Notes under the pieces: model-generated
Told to the model about the DNA's origin: nothing
Seen by the model: the letters and a program-made list of their open reading frames with translations, nothing else
Database searches by the model: none
Origin: Euryarchaeota archaeon UBA558
GTDB lineage: Archaea > Thermoplasmatota > Poseidoniia > Poseidoniales > Thalassarchaeaceae
Length of the DNA stretch: 64,000 nucleotides
Direction: 5' to 3'
Assembly: GCA_002507175.1 (NCBI GenBank)
Contig: DAZE01000017.1
Location: 68,303 to 132,302, forward strand
Position numbers and translations under genes: made by a program
Part shown: positions 20,615 to 30,607 of the stretch, in pieces
How the letters are laid out: every line of letters starts with the position of its first letter
Position numbering within the stretch: the first letter of the stretch is position 1

Positions 20615-21675
20615 TCCAACGAAACCCTTGCTCTTCGAATAATTGAGTCCTCGATCTCGACTATTTGATTGCTGGTGGGGGATTCAATAGCTTGTAGTAT
20701 GTCTTCCAAGTGAGTCCTTTTCATATGTCTGCACATAGAACAGGACCCCATCAGCTCGATTGGAGCCTCTGATTCTGCTATTGCTCGCTCTGCCGTCCCG
20801 CATTCCGTAATCATCATGACAGCAACTCCATCTTGGACACCTAGCTTCTTTGCTTCTGTAAGTATCCTTTCTGAACTTCCAACGAAGTCACTGGCCTCCA
20901 GTACCTCGGAGTCGCACTCTGGATGGGCGAGCACTTTCAACTGCAACCCCCTCTTTTCAGCCTCCCTCCTCTGGCGGTGTATGGAATCCGAGGAGAATGC
21001 GGCGTGAACTTCGCAATCCGCATCATGGAGGTGAACTGTCTTCCTACCCTCAAGGTGCTTTTTCAAATGGAGCCCCATCAACCTATCAGGGACAAAGATG
21101 ATTTCGTCTCCGGGGAGTTTTTCCGCGATGGCTAGGTAATTGCTACTAGTGACACATACATCACATTCAGCCTTGACCGCTGCCGTGGTGTTGATGTAGC
21201 AGGCCACTGGAATCCCGGGATAGGAGGCTTTCAAGGCCTGAACATCTGAGGCGTCAATCCCTTCAGACAACGAGCACCCAGCTTCTGGGGATGGGTGGAT
21301 AACTCTCTTTTCAGGACTGAGAATTTTGGCGGTCTCTGCCATAAATCGGACGCTTGAAAACAGAATTGTAGATTGGGGCGAATCTCTCGCTATCTTCGAC
21401 AGGGTGTAGCTGTCTCCAACTGCATCTGCCACGCCATAAACTATGTCTGGGGTTTGATACGTGTGCGCGATTATGATTACGTCTTCCTGTTCTTTGAGTT
21501 GGTTGATTCTGAGAGTCAATGGTGCAATTATCCTGCAGGCATCATAGGACCATCTCATTTTCTGACCGATACGCGACATCAACCGATTGGCCTCTGCACT
21601 CAGCTCCTCATCATTCATCTCCAACCCTACGCTTTTTTTGGGCCTTAGAGGGATAGGGGGCAACCTCATCGTCAT
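20587..21675 (-). CDS. nadA: Quinolinate synthase
   Basis: AHTYQ, GDSY, FMAETAKILSP, AGCSL, YINT, HPEC and CRHMK. Start moved to ATG 21675. Confidence 0.93.
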   Translation of the reverse strand: MTMRLPPIPLRPKKSVGLEMNDEELSAEANRLMSRIGQKMRWSYDACRIIAPLTLRINQLKEQEDVIIIAHTYQTPDIVYGVADAVGDSYTLSKIARDSPQSTILFSSVRFMAETAKILSPEKRVIHPSPEAGCSLSEGIDASDVQALKASYPGIPVACYINTTAAVKAECDVCVTSSNYLAIAEKLPGDEIIFVPDRLMGLHLKKHLEGRKTVHLHDADCEVHAAFSSDSIHRQRREAEKRGLQLKVLAHPECDSEVLEASDFVGSSERILTEAKKLGVQDGVAVMMITECGTAERAIAESEAPIELMGSCSMCRHMKRTHLEDILQAIESPTSNQIVEIEDSIIRRARVSLDQMFALSDA

Positions 21676-21733
21676 CTCAACGGTTGTACTCCAGAGTGCA
21701 ATGCCTTTCAAGCCATCTAATCTAGCGTTGGTC

Positions 21734-22387
21734 ATGCCGCACGGGATTTGGTCACCATGGACCTCGGCCGCCGTGATCCATGTCGGGGCAGAAGCCGAGG
21801 TGGTTTCTGGATCATGGATCGGTAGGCCAGCTATTCTGAAAAAAAGAGTTTCCAGGAGATACAGGCATCCAAAACTCGATAGAATGCTGTCTAGGCAAAG
21901 AATCTTTGCAGAGTCCAGGATTCTCGCTCGCTTGAATGAGAGAGGAATCTTATCTCCAAAACTTCTGTCCATGGATCAAGAAGAGGGCTGGATAATTATG
22001 AGTGAGGTAAAAGGTCCGACCTTACTATCCGCTTTGATGGATGGAGCCGAGGGAGATTTGGAGGTTGAGCTTGGAAAATCTTTGAGATCTGTCCATTCAC
22101 AGGGGATATCCCATGGCGATTTAACAACATTGAACGCGATAGTTTCCTTGAATGGAGTTGTTTTGATCGACTATGGTCTGGGAAGGCTAGTGGCAGAAAT
22201 GGAGCATTTCGGGCTTGACTTACATTCTCTTCATGAGTGTCTATCAGCACATCATTCCGATCGATCAGAGGCCATGAATAAAGTCATTCAAGGATATCTT
22301 CAAGATCCTGATTCAGATGGTTTTGATGGTAAATCGGTTGTAGATCGATTCGAATCAATAAGGGGTAGGGTGAGGTATCATGCTTGA
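21734..22387 (+). CDS. bud32: KEOPS complex kinase Bud32/PRPK
   Basis: GAEA, KKRVSRRYRHPKLD, HGDLTTLN and LIDYGLG. Confidence 0.92.
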   Translation: MPHGIWSPWTSAAVIHVGAEAEVVSGSWIGRPAILKKRVSRRYRHPKLDRMLSRQRIFAESRILARLNERGILSPKLLSMDQEEGWIIMSEVKGPTLLSALMDGAEGDLEVELGKSLRSVHSQGISHGDLTTLNAIVSLNGVVLIDYGLGRLVAEMEHFGLDLHSLHECLSAHHSDRSEAMNKVIQGYLQDPDSDGFDGKSVVDRFESIRGRVRYHA

Positions 22388-22988
22388 TTCAACGTCAAAG
22401 CGGATTCTCTTTCACACCGGGAACAAAGGTAAATTTCTAGAAGCAAGCGAATTGATGATGTCAAGAGGGATAAGACTAGAACTACTCAGCGTTCTTAAAC
22501 CCGGAATTCGTGTTATTGAACCTCAGATGAATGCCTTCAATGAAGTTGCAACGTCAAAACTTAGGCAAGTGTTGGAACAGATTGGAGATGAGTTCGATGA
22601 TGATTGGATAATGGTTGAAGACTCTGGTCTCTTGATAGATGAACTCGGCGGTTTTCCAGGTCCTTATTCCTCCTATGTCTATTCCAGGATTGGGCCGAAT
22701 GGAATACTCAGGCTGATGGATGGAGTGGGAACAAGAAATGCTAGATACACAGCCTCCTTATCTGTCTGGAACGGTAGTGAAATCCAGTCCTTTGAAGGAT
22801 TTTGTGAGGGAATCATAGCACTTGAACCCAAAGGTGATCAAGGTTTTGGGTATGATCCAATTTTCATACCTATCGAGGGGGATGGCCGTACTTTCTCTGA
22901 AATGACGAAATTTGAGAAATCGAGGCTCTCGCATAGAGCAAATGCGCTAAATATCCTGTCTGATGCAATGTTAGTTCCGTCAATCTGA
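22380..22988 (+). CDS. rdgB: Non-canonical purine NTP pyrophosphatase (Ham1/RdgB)
   Basis: TGNKGK, EDSGL, GFPGPYS, GFGYDPIF and SHR. Confidence 0.95.
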   Translation: MLDSTSKRILFHTGNKGKFLEASELMMSRGIRLELLSVLKPGIRVIEPQMNAFNEVATSKLRQVLEQIGDEFDDDWIMVEDSGLLIDELGGFPGPYSSYVYSRIGPNGILRLMDGVGTRNARYTASLSVWNGSEIQSFEGFCEGIIALEPKGDQGFGYDPIFIPIEGDGRTFSEMTKFEKSRLSHRANALNILSDAMLVPSI

Positions 22989-23014
22989 ATATCTACTGCC
23001 AGCGTGGTAGGCAC

Positions 23015-23851
23015 ATGGCGTCAATCCCCCGTCTATTGATCTGGGCATTATTCCTCTTGGGATCGCCTGTATTCCTCATTTTACAAGGGTCACTAACGCC
23101 CATTACAAGAATAGCAGGCGCCACTACAATTCTTTCATTGATGGCCATCCTTCTATTCACCGGTAAGCCCAAACAACAAATTGTCGCACCGATTTCGCGG
23201 TATCAAGCAGATCCGGCCCCTGTATCGTCTCTGGCAGAAAGTTCCTCGATGACATTCAACACAAAGGAGGAGACCATCACCAGCAAGACACCAATCGAAA
23301 ATAAGTCGAATGAGGTTAACACACCTACTTTGAAAGAGCAATCCAGCCAGGGTGAGTCCAAGGCTAGCGACTCCCCTAGGGTAGCTGAGAAATACGCAGT
23401 ATCAAGCGATGCTCAGACCGAATTTGAAGACGAAGTGGAGTTGTTTGTTGAAACTAGAAGGGAACGTAGATCCGAAATTAGAGACAAGATCGAGAGAGAC
23501 AGGAGAAAGGCCCTCGCTCCAATGAGAACTAGGCGACTCAGGGAATGGGCTGATAGAGAGGATGGAGAAGGCCTCAATGAGCTGGTCAACAACAAACATC
23601 ATGGTCTGAAGATACTGAATTACGACTACTCGAGTGTCTCAAATGGTGTTATAGGATCGACTTTCGTTAGATTGGATGACCAGAGAATCCTCAAGGTCAA
23701 CAGAGAGATACCTTTCGAGCACAACAAGATGAACAATGAAGATTCAGTTGTGGAAATCTCCGAAGCTTCTGAGGACTCGGATGCGGAGCCAGATCCACCA
23801 CCACCACCCCCCCCATCTGGTTTGCCTCCTCCTCCGCCTCCCATATCCTGA
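23015..23851 (+). CDS. Hypothetical membrane protein with C-terminal poly-proline tail
   Basis: Two N-terminal hydrophobic helices, a charged helical middle, and the ending PDPPPPPPPSGLPPPPPPIS. Confidence 0.7.
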   Translation: MASIPRLLIWALFLLGSPVFLILQGSLTPITRIAGATTILSLMAILLFTGKPKQQIVAPISRYQADPAPVSSLAESSSMTFNTKEETITSKTPIENKSNEVNTPTLKEQSSQGESKASDSPRVAEKYAVSSDAQTEFEDEVELFVETRRERRSEIRDKIERDRRKALAPMRTRRLREWADREDGEGLNELVNNKHHGLKILNYDYSSVSNGVIGSTFVRLDDQRILKVNREIPFEHNKMNNEDSVVEISEASEDSDAEPDPPPPPPPSGLPPPPPPIS

Positions 23852-23893
23852 AACAATGGAGAGGTTGAACTGTGAGGTGGTACACGGAGGGTT

Positions 23894-24721
23894 ATGACAG
23901 AGGATCTCGTCAATGTCGAGAGGATCGATGTTTCTACAAATCCAGCAGGTGGTTGCATAGAAATCTGGACACTGAATCGCCCAGATCGGCTGAATGCCCT
24001 CAACAGAGCCACTCACAAAGAATTGATACAAGCATGTGACAAAGCAGAATCTGACGATTCAGTTCGAGTTATCGTGATCACCGGAGCACAATCGGATCCG
24101 GGAGATGAACGACCAAAGCCCAAGGCTTTTGCAGCTGGAGCAGATATCTCGGAGTTCTCGGGACAGGGCTCAGATGATGTGAGGCCTTTCTTCGAAAATA
24201 ATGCATGGGAGAAAATCTGGAATCTCACAAAGCCGACGATTGCGATGATTGATGGTTATGCATTAGGTGGCGGAACTGAATTGGCCCTGTCATGCGACAT
24301 ACGAATCGCATCCGAGGACTCAAATTTCGGGCAACCAGAAATTAATCTTGGATTGATACCGGGTGGCGGTGGAACTCAACGATTGACAAACCTAGTAGGA
24401 TATGGAATCTCCATGGAGATGATTCTTACCGGGGAGATGGTTCCGGCTACCAGAGCATTAGAAATTGGGTTGGTCAATTCGGTTTACCCATCGACAAAAT
24501 TGAGAGAAGAGGTTATTGCCCTAGCTGGCAGAATTGCACAAAAATCTCCATACACTGTTAAAGTAGCGAAGAGGGCAGTCAGATCGTCCTTGGATCTCCC
24601 ACTAACGCAGGGGATACTCGCGGAGAGGTCGGAATTCGTCGCGCTTTTTGACACCGAGGACTCTTCAATTGGAGTTGAGGCCTTCCTCTCTAAGAAGAAA
24701 CCTAAATGGAAGGGAAGATAG
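23894..24721 (+). CDS. Enoyl-CoA hydratase
   Basis: LNRPDRLNAL, FAAGADI, GGGTELALSCD and GQPEINLG; both catalytic Glu present. Confidence 0.92.
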   Translation: MTEDLVNVERIDVSTNPAGGCIEIWTLNRPDRLNALNRATHKELIQACDKAESDDSVRVIVITGAQSDPGDERPKPKAFAAGADISEFSGQGSDDVRPFFENNAWEKIWNLTKPTIAMIDGYALGGGTELALSCDIRIASEDSNFGQPEINLGLIPGGGGTQRLTNLVGYGISMEMILTGEMVPATRALEIGLVNSVYPSTKLREEVIALAGRIAQKSPYTVKVAKRAVRSSLDLPLTQGILAERSEFVALFDTEDSSIGVEAFLSKKKPKWKGR

Positions 24722-24761
24722 AGGCGAGATAATCAATAGCCCTCACTGATACAGTGCAGAT

Positions 24762-25307
24762 ATGTCTGACAAACGAGTTTTGGTAATTGCTGGCCCTCCT
24801 GGATCTGGAAAGGGCAAGGTCAGCGATATACTTCAGAAGAAGGGATGGCGTGCCCTTACGTTAGGTGATGTCGTTAGAGAGGAAGTAAAATCGAGGGGAA
24901 TGGAGCCTGAAGCAAAAATCATGAGTTTCGTGGCACAGGACCTCAGGAATGAATTCGGCCCATCGGTGATAATGGAACGGATTTTACCGCAAGTCGATGA
25001 ATTCATTCAAGTTTCACATGTTGTGATTGACGGAGTACGACAGATTGAGGAAATGGAAAGGTTGCAATCCTCACACCCTAGAATGCTGGTGATCGCAATT
25101 GACGCATCCGAGGAAATGAGAAAAAAGAGGGTAATTGAAAGGTCAAGATCAGATGATGGAGGTTTTGAGGAAAGGGAGTCAAGAGAATGGGGCTGGGGCT
25201 TGAAGTTAGTGATGGATCTTGCGGACATCAAGATCATGAATGATGGCACCACAGAAGATTTTGAGGAGTCGATCAACAGAGAACTTAGCAACATTGGCGT
25301 TTACTGA
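24762..25307 (+). CDS. P-loop nucleotide kinase (UPF0200 / dephospho-CoA kinase-like)
   Basis: GPPGSGKG, GDVVREE, IDGVR and ADIKIMNDG. Confidence 0.75.
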   Translation: MSDKRVLVIAGPPGSGKGKVSDILQKKGWRALTLGDVVREEVKSRGMEPEAKIMSFVAQDLRNEFGPSVIMERILPQVDEFIQVSHVVIDGVRQIEEMERLQSSHPRMLVIAIDASEEMRKKRVIERSRSDDGGFEERESREWGWGLKLVMDLADIKIMNDGTTEDFEESINRELSNIGVY

Positions 25308-25970
25308 TCATGCCCTTCCTTCAGATTTCACAGCCTCCCAGTCGGACATGAATTTGTCCAAGCCTGAATCTGTGAGCTCGTGTTGAATTAATTTGGTGAA
25401 GATGTTGTATGGGATGGTTGCCGCCTGCGCTCCCAACCTCGCTGAAACTTCCACGTGACGTCTAGATCTAATCGAAGCTGCCAAAATCTTGCAATTTTTT
25501 ATTCCCTGTGCACTCCAAACTTGGCTGATTTCCTCAATCAGTCCGAGTCCGTCTTGGCCGATGTCGTCTAATCTCCCAAGAAATGGGGAGACATACGCTG
25601 CTCCAGCCTTTGCAGACAGGAGGGCTTGTGATACGGAGAAAACGAGGGTGACGTTTACAGGAATACCTCTTCCAGAAAGGGTTTTTGTCGCTGCCAAGCC
25701 ATCTGGAGTGCAGGGGATCTTGATTATGACATTTTTTGGGAGCCTAGATTTCAGATCCATCCCTTCCTCGATCATCTCATTCGCAGTGAGAGACGTGACC
25801 TCCGCACTAATCGGTCCGGGACAAATTTCAGCTATCTTTCGAATTGTATCCTCGAAGTCTCTCCCTGATTTCCTAATCAGGGATGGATTCGTAGTAACAC
25901 CATCGAGAACACCCCACTTCGAAATATCTTCAACTTCTTCGATTATCGCCGAATCCAAGATTAATTCCAT
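25308..25970 (-). CDS. tal: Transaldolase / fructose-6-phosphate aldolase family
   Basis: GVTTNPSL, IKIP, NVTLVFS, YVSPFLGRLDD and AASIR. Confidence 0.9.
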   Translation of the reverse strand: MELILDSAIIEEVEDISKWGVLDGVTTNPSLIRKSGRDFEDTIRKIAEICPGPISAEVTSLTANEMIEEGMDLKSRLPKNVIIKIPCTPDGLAATKTLSGRGIPVNVTLVFSVSQALLSAKAGAAYVSPFLGRLDDIGQDGLGLIEEISQVWSAQGIKNCKILAASIRSRRHVEVSARLGAQAATIPYNIFTKLIQHELTDSGLDKFMSDWEAVKSEGRA

Positions 25971-26198
25971 GGCAGGTCGTAGTACTACAGTTATCTCATT
26001 CTTTCTGTAGGTAACATTGTGGTTGTGACAGGCAGTAAAAATTAGTAAAATTGCAAGATTTGTTATTGATTGAAATTCATTGTCGTGTCAATTGGTTAGG
26101 ATTTGATCACATACTGTGCACTGAATACAATTTCCATCCAGATCCTGTGATAGAATTAAATCGTATATTTCTCACCAATGTATATGGAAAATAGACCT

Positions 26199-27107
26199 AT
26201 GTCAACTAATTTGAAGGATTTGGAGCCCACTTTCAAGGATATAAACGCAAAGGCGATCAACGGATTTCTTGGTCTGATCCTGCATCTGGCGTTAGCAGTC
26301 ACCAACTTGGTTTTGATGATCCTTATTGCTCCAACCGGGGGCCTATCGGTATTGATCCTAATTCTCACCGTACCTCTATTCCTTGTAATGTTTAACAGCT
26401 ACGTCATCATTAACCCAAATGAGTCAGTTGTGGTCCAATTCTTTGGAAAATATGCGGCAACATTGAAGGACGAAGGATTTCGATTCTTCCTGAATCCCCT
26501 GTATACAAAAACTAGGATATCCCTCAGAATAAATAACTTTGAATCCAACAAACTGAAAGTAAATGACGTCAATGCAAACCCAATAGACATAGCAGCGGTT
26601 GTTGTGTGGAGGGTATTTGATTCCGCCGAGGCGCTATTTGAAGTGGAGAACTATGACCACTATGTGCAAATACAAAGTGAAGCTGCACTGAGAGAAATGG
26701 CCACAAAATATCCATATGACGCGATAGAGGAGAAGGATATCGGCGGAATAACTCTCTCCAGCCATCAAGATGCAGTCGCTGAGGAGCTCCAGACTTCCGT
26801 GGAAGCGAGACTGGCAAGAGCCGGAATAGAAGTTTTGGAGGCTAGGATAAGCTATCTTGCATATTCGACGGAGATAGCACAGGCCATGCTTCGCAGACAA
26901 CAGGCGGCCGCGGTGGTTGCTGCTCGCAGGGAGATTGTCGATGGAGCAGTCGGAATGGTAGAACTAGCACTGGAACAACTAAGTGCAAAGAAGATCATTG
27001 AACTCGATGAGGATAAAAAAGCGACGATGGTAAGTAATCTGCTGGTTGTTCTATGCTCCGAAACTGACACAACTCCTGTTGTCAACACTGGCTCCCTCAG
27101 TGATTGA
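26199..27107 (+). CDS. SPFH/band 7 domain membrane protein
   Basis: Two TM helices, KVNDxxxNPIDIAAVVVWRV, IAQAMLRRQQA and MVSNLLVVLC. Start could be 26178. Confidence 0.9.
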   Translation: MSTNLKDLEPTFKDINAKAINGFLGLILHLALAVTNLVLMILIAPTGGLSVLILILTVPLFLVMFNSYVIINPNESVVVQFFGKYAATLKDEGFRFFLNPLYTKTRISLRINNFESNKLKVNDVNANPIDIAAVVVWRVFDSAEALFEVENYDHYVQIQSEAALREMATKYPYDAIEEKDIGGITLSSHQDAVAEELQTSVEARLARAGIEVLEARISYLAYSTEIAQAMLRRQQAAAVVAARREIVDGAVGMVELALEQLSAKKIIELDEDKKATMVSNLLVVLCSETDTTPVVNTGSLSD

Positions 27108-27183
27108 TCAGCAGATCTTCCCTTGTGCTGAGAATAAATGAGGCTACTATAAGATGAGACTCTTCCATGATCTAAAACATGAG

Positions 27184-28221
27184 ATGTGCACCAAATCAGT
27201 GATACTTTCAGTTTTGATAATGTTACTAATTGCCCCTTTCTCTGGCTGTTTTAGTTCTAATGCCATGACTGATGATCTGAATCACAACATACTAGATCCA
27301 GATCTTCGAATAAATCACTTACAGATGAAAGGGACACATAATTCGTACCATGTGGAGCCAATCATTTCTCCGACAAGAGAGTACATGTACACGCACGAAA
27401 CCCTGGACGTTCAGGCTTCAGAACAGGGAGTGAGACAATTCGAGATAGATGTCTGGTGGGACCCCAGAGGTGGTCTCAGGGTGTACCATAATCAGTATGA
27501 TTCGGGAACAACATGCCCTACATTTGAAAATTGCTTGGAGGTACTATTGGAATGGTCTGAAAACAACCCATCCCACCATACTACATTCGTGTGGATTGAA
27601 CCAAAGGACTGGTTGGAACAAAGTCTAGAAATAACTGCGACAATTCAAACCTCTGATCTTTTAGGTCAGATTGAACATGAATTAACTCAATTTTGGCCAG
27701 ATAACAAAACCATAACCCCAAAACAAATCCAAGGCAATTATTCAGACCCGGGAGAGGCCCTGAGAATTGAGGGTTGGCCGACCATAGAGAGTGGAAAGGG
27801 GAAGACGATTTTTATCCTACTAGCCACGGGTGATATGAGACAGATCTACCTGGATGACTTCTATCCAAATGGTGCAATGTTCCCAATGTTCACTTCACTT
27901 GCTGATTCTCCGGATCATGCAAGGGGTTTTTTTTCACTCATAGACCCTGTTAACTCACACTCCGACATTGAGGATTTAGTTAGTAGCGGATATATCGTGA
28001 GAACACGGGCGGATAGTGGAGGAGAGGAAGCGGACAATAACGATACTACCAGGCTAATCGCAGCACTCACTTCCGGAGCGCACAGTATATCCACTGACTA
28101 CCCAGCAAAAGTTGACGGTATTGACTATTGGGTCGAAATTCCAGGAGGGAATCCTAGCAGATGCAACCCTGTATCCGCCCCTCCATATTGTACGTCAGCG
28201 TTCATATCCTTGGTCGATTAA
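27184..28221 (+). CDS. Ca-dependent phosphoinositide-specific phospholipase C-like lipoprotein
   Basis: Lipobox-like FSGC, KGTHNSYH, GVRQFEIDV, VRTRAD and SGAHSISTDY. Confidence 0.8.
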   Translation: MCTKSVILSVLIMLLIAPFSGCFSSNAMTDDLNHNILDPDLRINHLQMKGTHNSYHVEPIISPTREYMYTHETLDVQASEQGVRQFEIDVWWDPRGGLRVYHNQYDSGTTCPTFENCLEVLLEWSENNPSHHTTFVWIEPKDWLEQSLEITATIQTSDLLGQIEHELTQFWPDNKTITPKQIQGNYSDPGEALRIEGWPTIESGKGKTIFILLATGDMRQIYLDDFYPNGAMFPMFTSLADSPDHARGFFSLIDPVNSHSDIEDLVSSGYIVRTRADSGGEEADNNDTTRLIAALTSGAHSISTDYPAKVDGIDYWVEIPGGNPSRCNPVSAPPYCTSAFISLVD

Positions 28222-28284
28222 CAAATAACCTGACCCAGATTCGGAGGCATGTAGATCAGTCAATTGATACATTGGGTCGGAAGC

Positions 28285-29109
28285 ATGAACCGAGTTGTTA
28301 ACATCGCTGGTTACAAATTCGTCGAATTACATGATTTAGATTCACTCAGGGAAAGAATCCTTTCCCAATGCCAAAAAAATGAGTTGAAAGGCTCAGTTTT
28401 ATTGAGCAAGAATGGAATAAATTTCTTTCTGGCTGGCTCTCAAAAATCGATCGATAAATTTCTTGCTTTGTTAAATGAAGACCCGAGACTAGGCGAAATA
28501 CCACTTAAGTTCAGCTACACTGAGTACCAGCCTTTTCGTAGAATGTTAGTAAAAAAGAAAAAAGAAATTATCTCACTCGGGATGGATGAAATTCAACCTC
28601 TAAAGTTCACAGGTCCTCACATTTCTACTAACGAATTCAAAGATATGTTGGACCATGGTTCAGACGTAGTAATTCTGGATACAAGAAATATCTACGAGAC
28701 CAGAGTGGGTAAATTCAAAGGAGCATTAGACCTCCAAATTCCCACATTCCGTCATTTTCCTGATGCTGTAAAAAAATTGCCAGATGATTTGAAATCTAAG
28801 ACCATAGTGATGTACTGCACGGGTGGAATTAGGTGCGAGAAAGCGTCTGCGGTGATGCTAAACTCTGGTTTTCAAGATGTACGCCAGTTGGAGGGAGGCA
28901 TCCTAGCATACTTGGATGACTTTGGCGACTCACACTGGGAAGGGGATTGTTTTGTGTTCGATCAAAGAGTCGCTCTAGATGCGAACCTGGAGGAATCAAA
29001 CATTCAGATGTGCTTCAGTTGCAGGGAGCCACTTACAGTCGAAGAGCAAACGTCTGGGAAATACGTCTTGGGAGAAACGTGTCCATACTGCTTCGAGGAA
29101 TCAAGTTGA
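28285..29109 (+). CDS. trhO: Rhodanese-domain protein, TrhO/UPF0176 family (tRNA U34 hydroxylase)
   Basis: AGYKF, LDTRNxYE, MYCTGGIRCEKAS, LEGGIL, CFVFDQR and C-terminal CxxC...CPYC. Confidence 0.82.
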   Translation: MNRVVNIAGYKFVELHDLDSLRERILSQCQKNELKGSVLLSKNGINFFLAGSQKSIDKFLALLNEDPRLGEIPLKFSYTEYQPFRRMLVKKKKEIISLGMDEIQPLKFTGPHISTNEFKDMLDHGSDVVILDTRNIYETRVGKFKGALDLQIPTFRHFPDAVKKLPDDLKSKTIVMYCTGGIRCEKASAVMLNSGFQDVRQLEGGILAYLDDFGDSHWEGDCFVFDQRVALDANLEESNIQMCFSCREPLTVEEQTSGKYVLGETCPYCFEESS

Positions 29110-29110
29110 A

Positions 29111-30538
29111 TTATTGTATTGGTTTCTGTATAGATTTAATTTCTAGGAACTCTTCAAGCCCATAAACTCCCAATTCACGACCATTACCTGATTTCTTGTA
29201 TCCTCCAAACGGCGCACTCACATTGAAAGGACCTCCGTTTATGCTAACCTGCCCTGTTCGCATCTTCCGGGCGAATTGTAAGGCCCTATCCGGATCAGAT
29301 GACCATACACCTCCAGAGAGGCCGTACTCTGTGTCATTTGCGAGTTCCAATGCCTCATCTTCGTCTTTGTAGGAAGCTATGCAGAGAACAGGACCAAAAA
29401 TCTCCTCTTTCCAAATCCTCATGCTCGGTTTTACGTCCTTGAAAACCGTTGGTCTTACAAAATGTCCTTTCTCAAATTCACCTACGTCTTCCGGTCCGCC
29501 AGCGACCAAGGTCGCCCCTTCTGCGATTCCCGCCCGGATAAATTCCAAGACACTCTCTTTCTGGCTCGCAGAAACCATTGGCCCACATCGGGTTGAAGAA
29601 TCCATCGGATTTCCTATTTTGTATTTTGACACCCTTTCCGCAATTACGTGAATCATCTCTGATATTTTCGACTCTGGGACGATAAGTCGGGTGAGCGCAG
29701 AACATGTCTGACCAGAGTTGGCAAAACATGCGGAGATTGAAGACTTTGCAGCTCTAATTACATCAGCATCTTCCAATACAACGTTTGCACTTTTTCCCCC
29801 TAACTCCAGAGTCACTCTCTTGACAGTTTTGGCAGCATCCTCAGTTACTGCTATGCCCGCGGATGTAGAACCTGTGAAGGAGACCATATCAACATCGGGA
29901 TGGGAAGACAACCTGCTCCCTACCGTCGATCCTCGACCACTTATGAGATTGAACACGCCATCTGGAAGCCCTATCTCATGAAGCATATCGGCTAAAACGA
30001 ATGCATTAATCGGCGCTTCTCTGGAGGGTTTCAATATCATCGTGCATCCTGCCGCTATTGCCGGAGCCACCTTTCCAATGATTTGATGCAATGGGAAATT
30101 CCAGGGGGTAATGAAGGCACATACCCCGATCGGCTCTTTGACAATTATTGAATTTCGAACTTCCTCTTCCCAATCGTATGAGTCAAGCAACTTGGCGTAA
30201 CTTTTCGAAACCACCCTCGGTGTCCCGACCATCGCGATTCTGGAGTATTCTATGGGAGTCCCAACTTCGTGGGTAATGATCTCAGCAAGTTCCTCTGACC
30301 TCTCTTTGAATGACTCTGATAATGCATGCAGAATTCTGATTCTTTCTTTTATCGTCGATTTCGACCACGAATCAAATGCATTTTTCGCGGCTTCCACTGC
30401 TAAATCAACGTCCTGAATTGTCCCGTCAGGAACTGAACCAATAATTTCCTCACTGGTTGGATTCTCAACGAGCAGGGCAGAATTACCGCTGGATGCGGTC
30501 CAAGAACCGTTGATGTACAGCATATCCCTTGTTATCAT
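29111..30538 (-). CDS. Aldehyde dehydrogenase
   Basis: ITPWNFP, FTGST, LELGGKSA, NSGQTC (catalytic Cys) and EEIFGPV. Confidence 0.95.
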   Translation of the reverse strand: MITRDMLYINGSWTASSGNSALLVENPTSEEIIGSVPDGTIQDVDLAVEAAKNAFDSWSKSTIKERIRILHALSESFKERSEELAEIITHEVGTPIEYSRIAMVGTPRVVSKSYAKLLDSYDWEEEVRNSIIVKEPIGVCAFITPWNFPLHQIIGKVAPAIAAGCTMILKPSREAPINAFVLADMLHEIGLPDGVFNLISGRGSTVGSRLSSHPDVDMVSFTGSTSAGIAVTEDAAKTVKRVTLELGGKSANVVLEDADVIRAAKSSISACFANSGQTCSALTRLIVPESKISEMIHVIAERVSKYKIGNPMDSSTRCGPMVSASQKESVLEFIRAGIAEGATLVAGGPEDVGEFEKGHFVRPTVFKDVKPSMRIWKEEIFGPVLCIASYKDEDEALELANDTEYGLSGGVWSSDPDRALQFARKMRTGQVSINGGPFNVSAPFGGYKKSGNGRELGVYGLEEFLEIKSIQKPIQ

Positions 30539-30607
30539 GACCTTGCGTAGGCGACATTCCCTTATCACGTTCATGGAGTTCATAGCCAAGGGCTCCTGTG
30601 GGGCTCC

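Noticed and set aside
21587-21972. Apparent long antisense overlap of nadA and bud32
   Set aside because: Artefact of longest-ORF calling. Starts at 21675 (-) and 21734 (+) leave a normal divergent gap.
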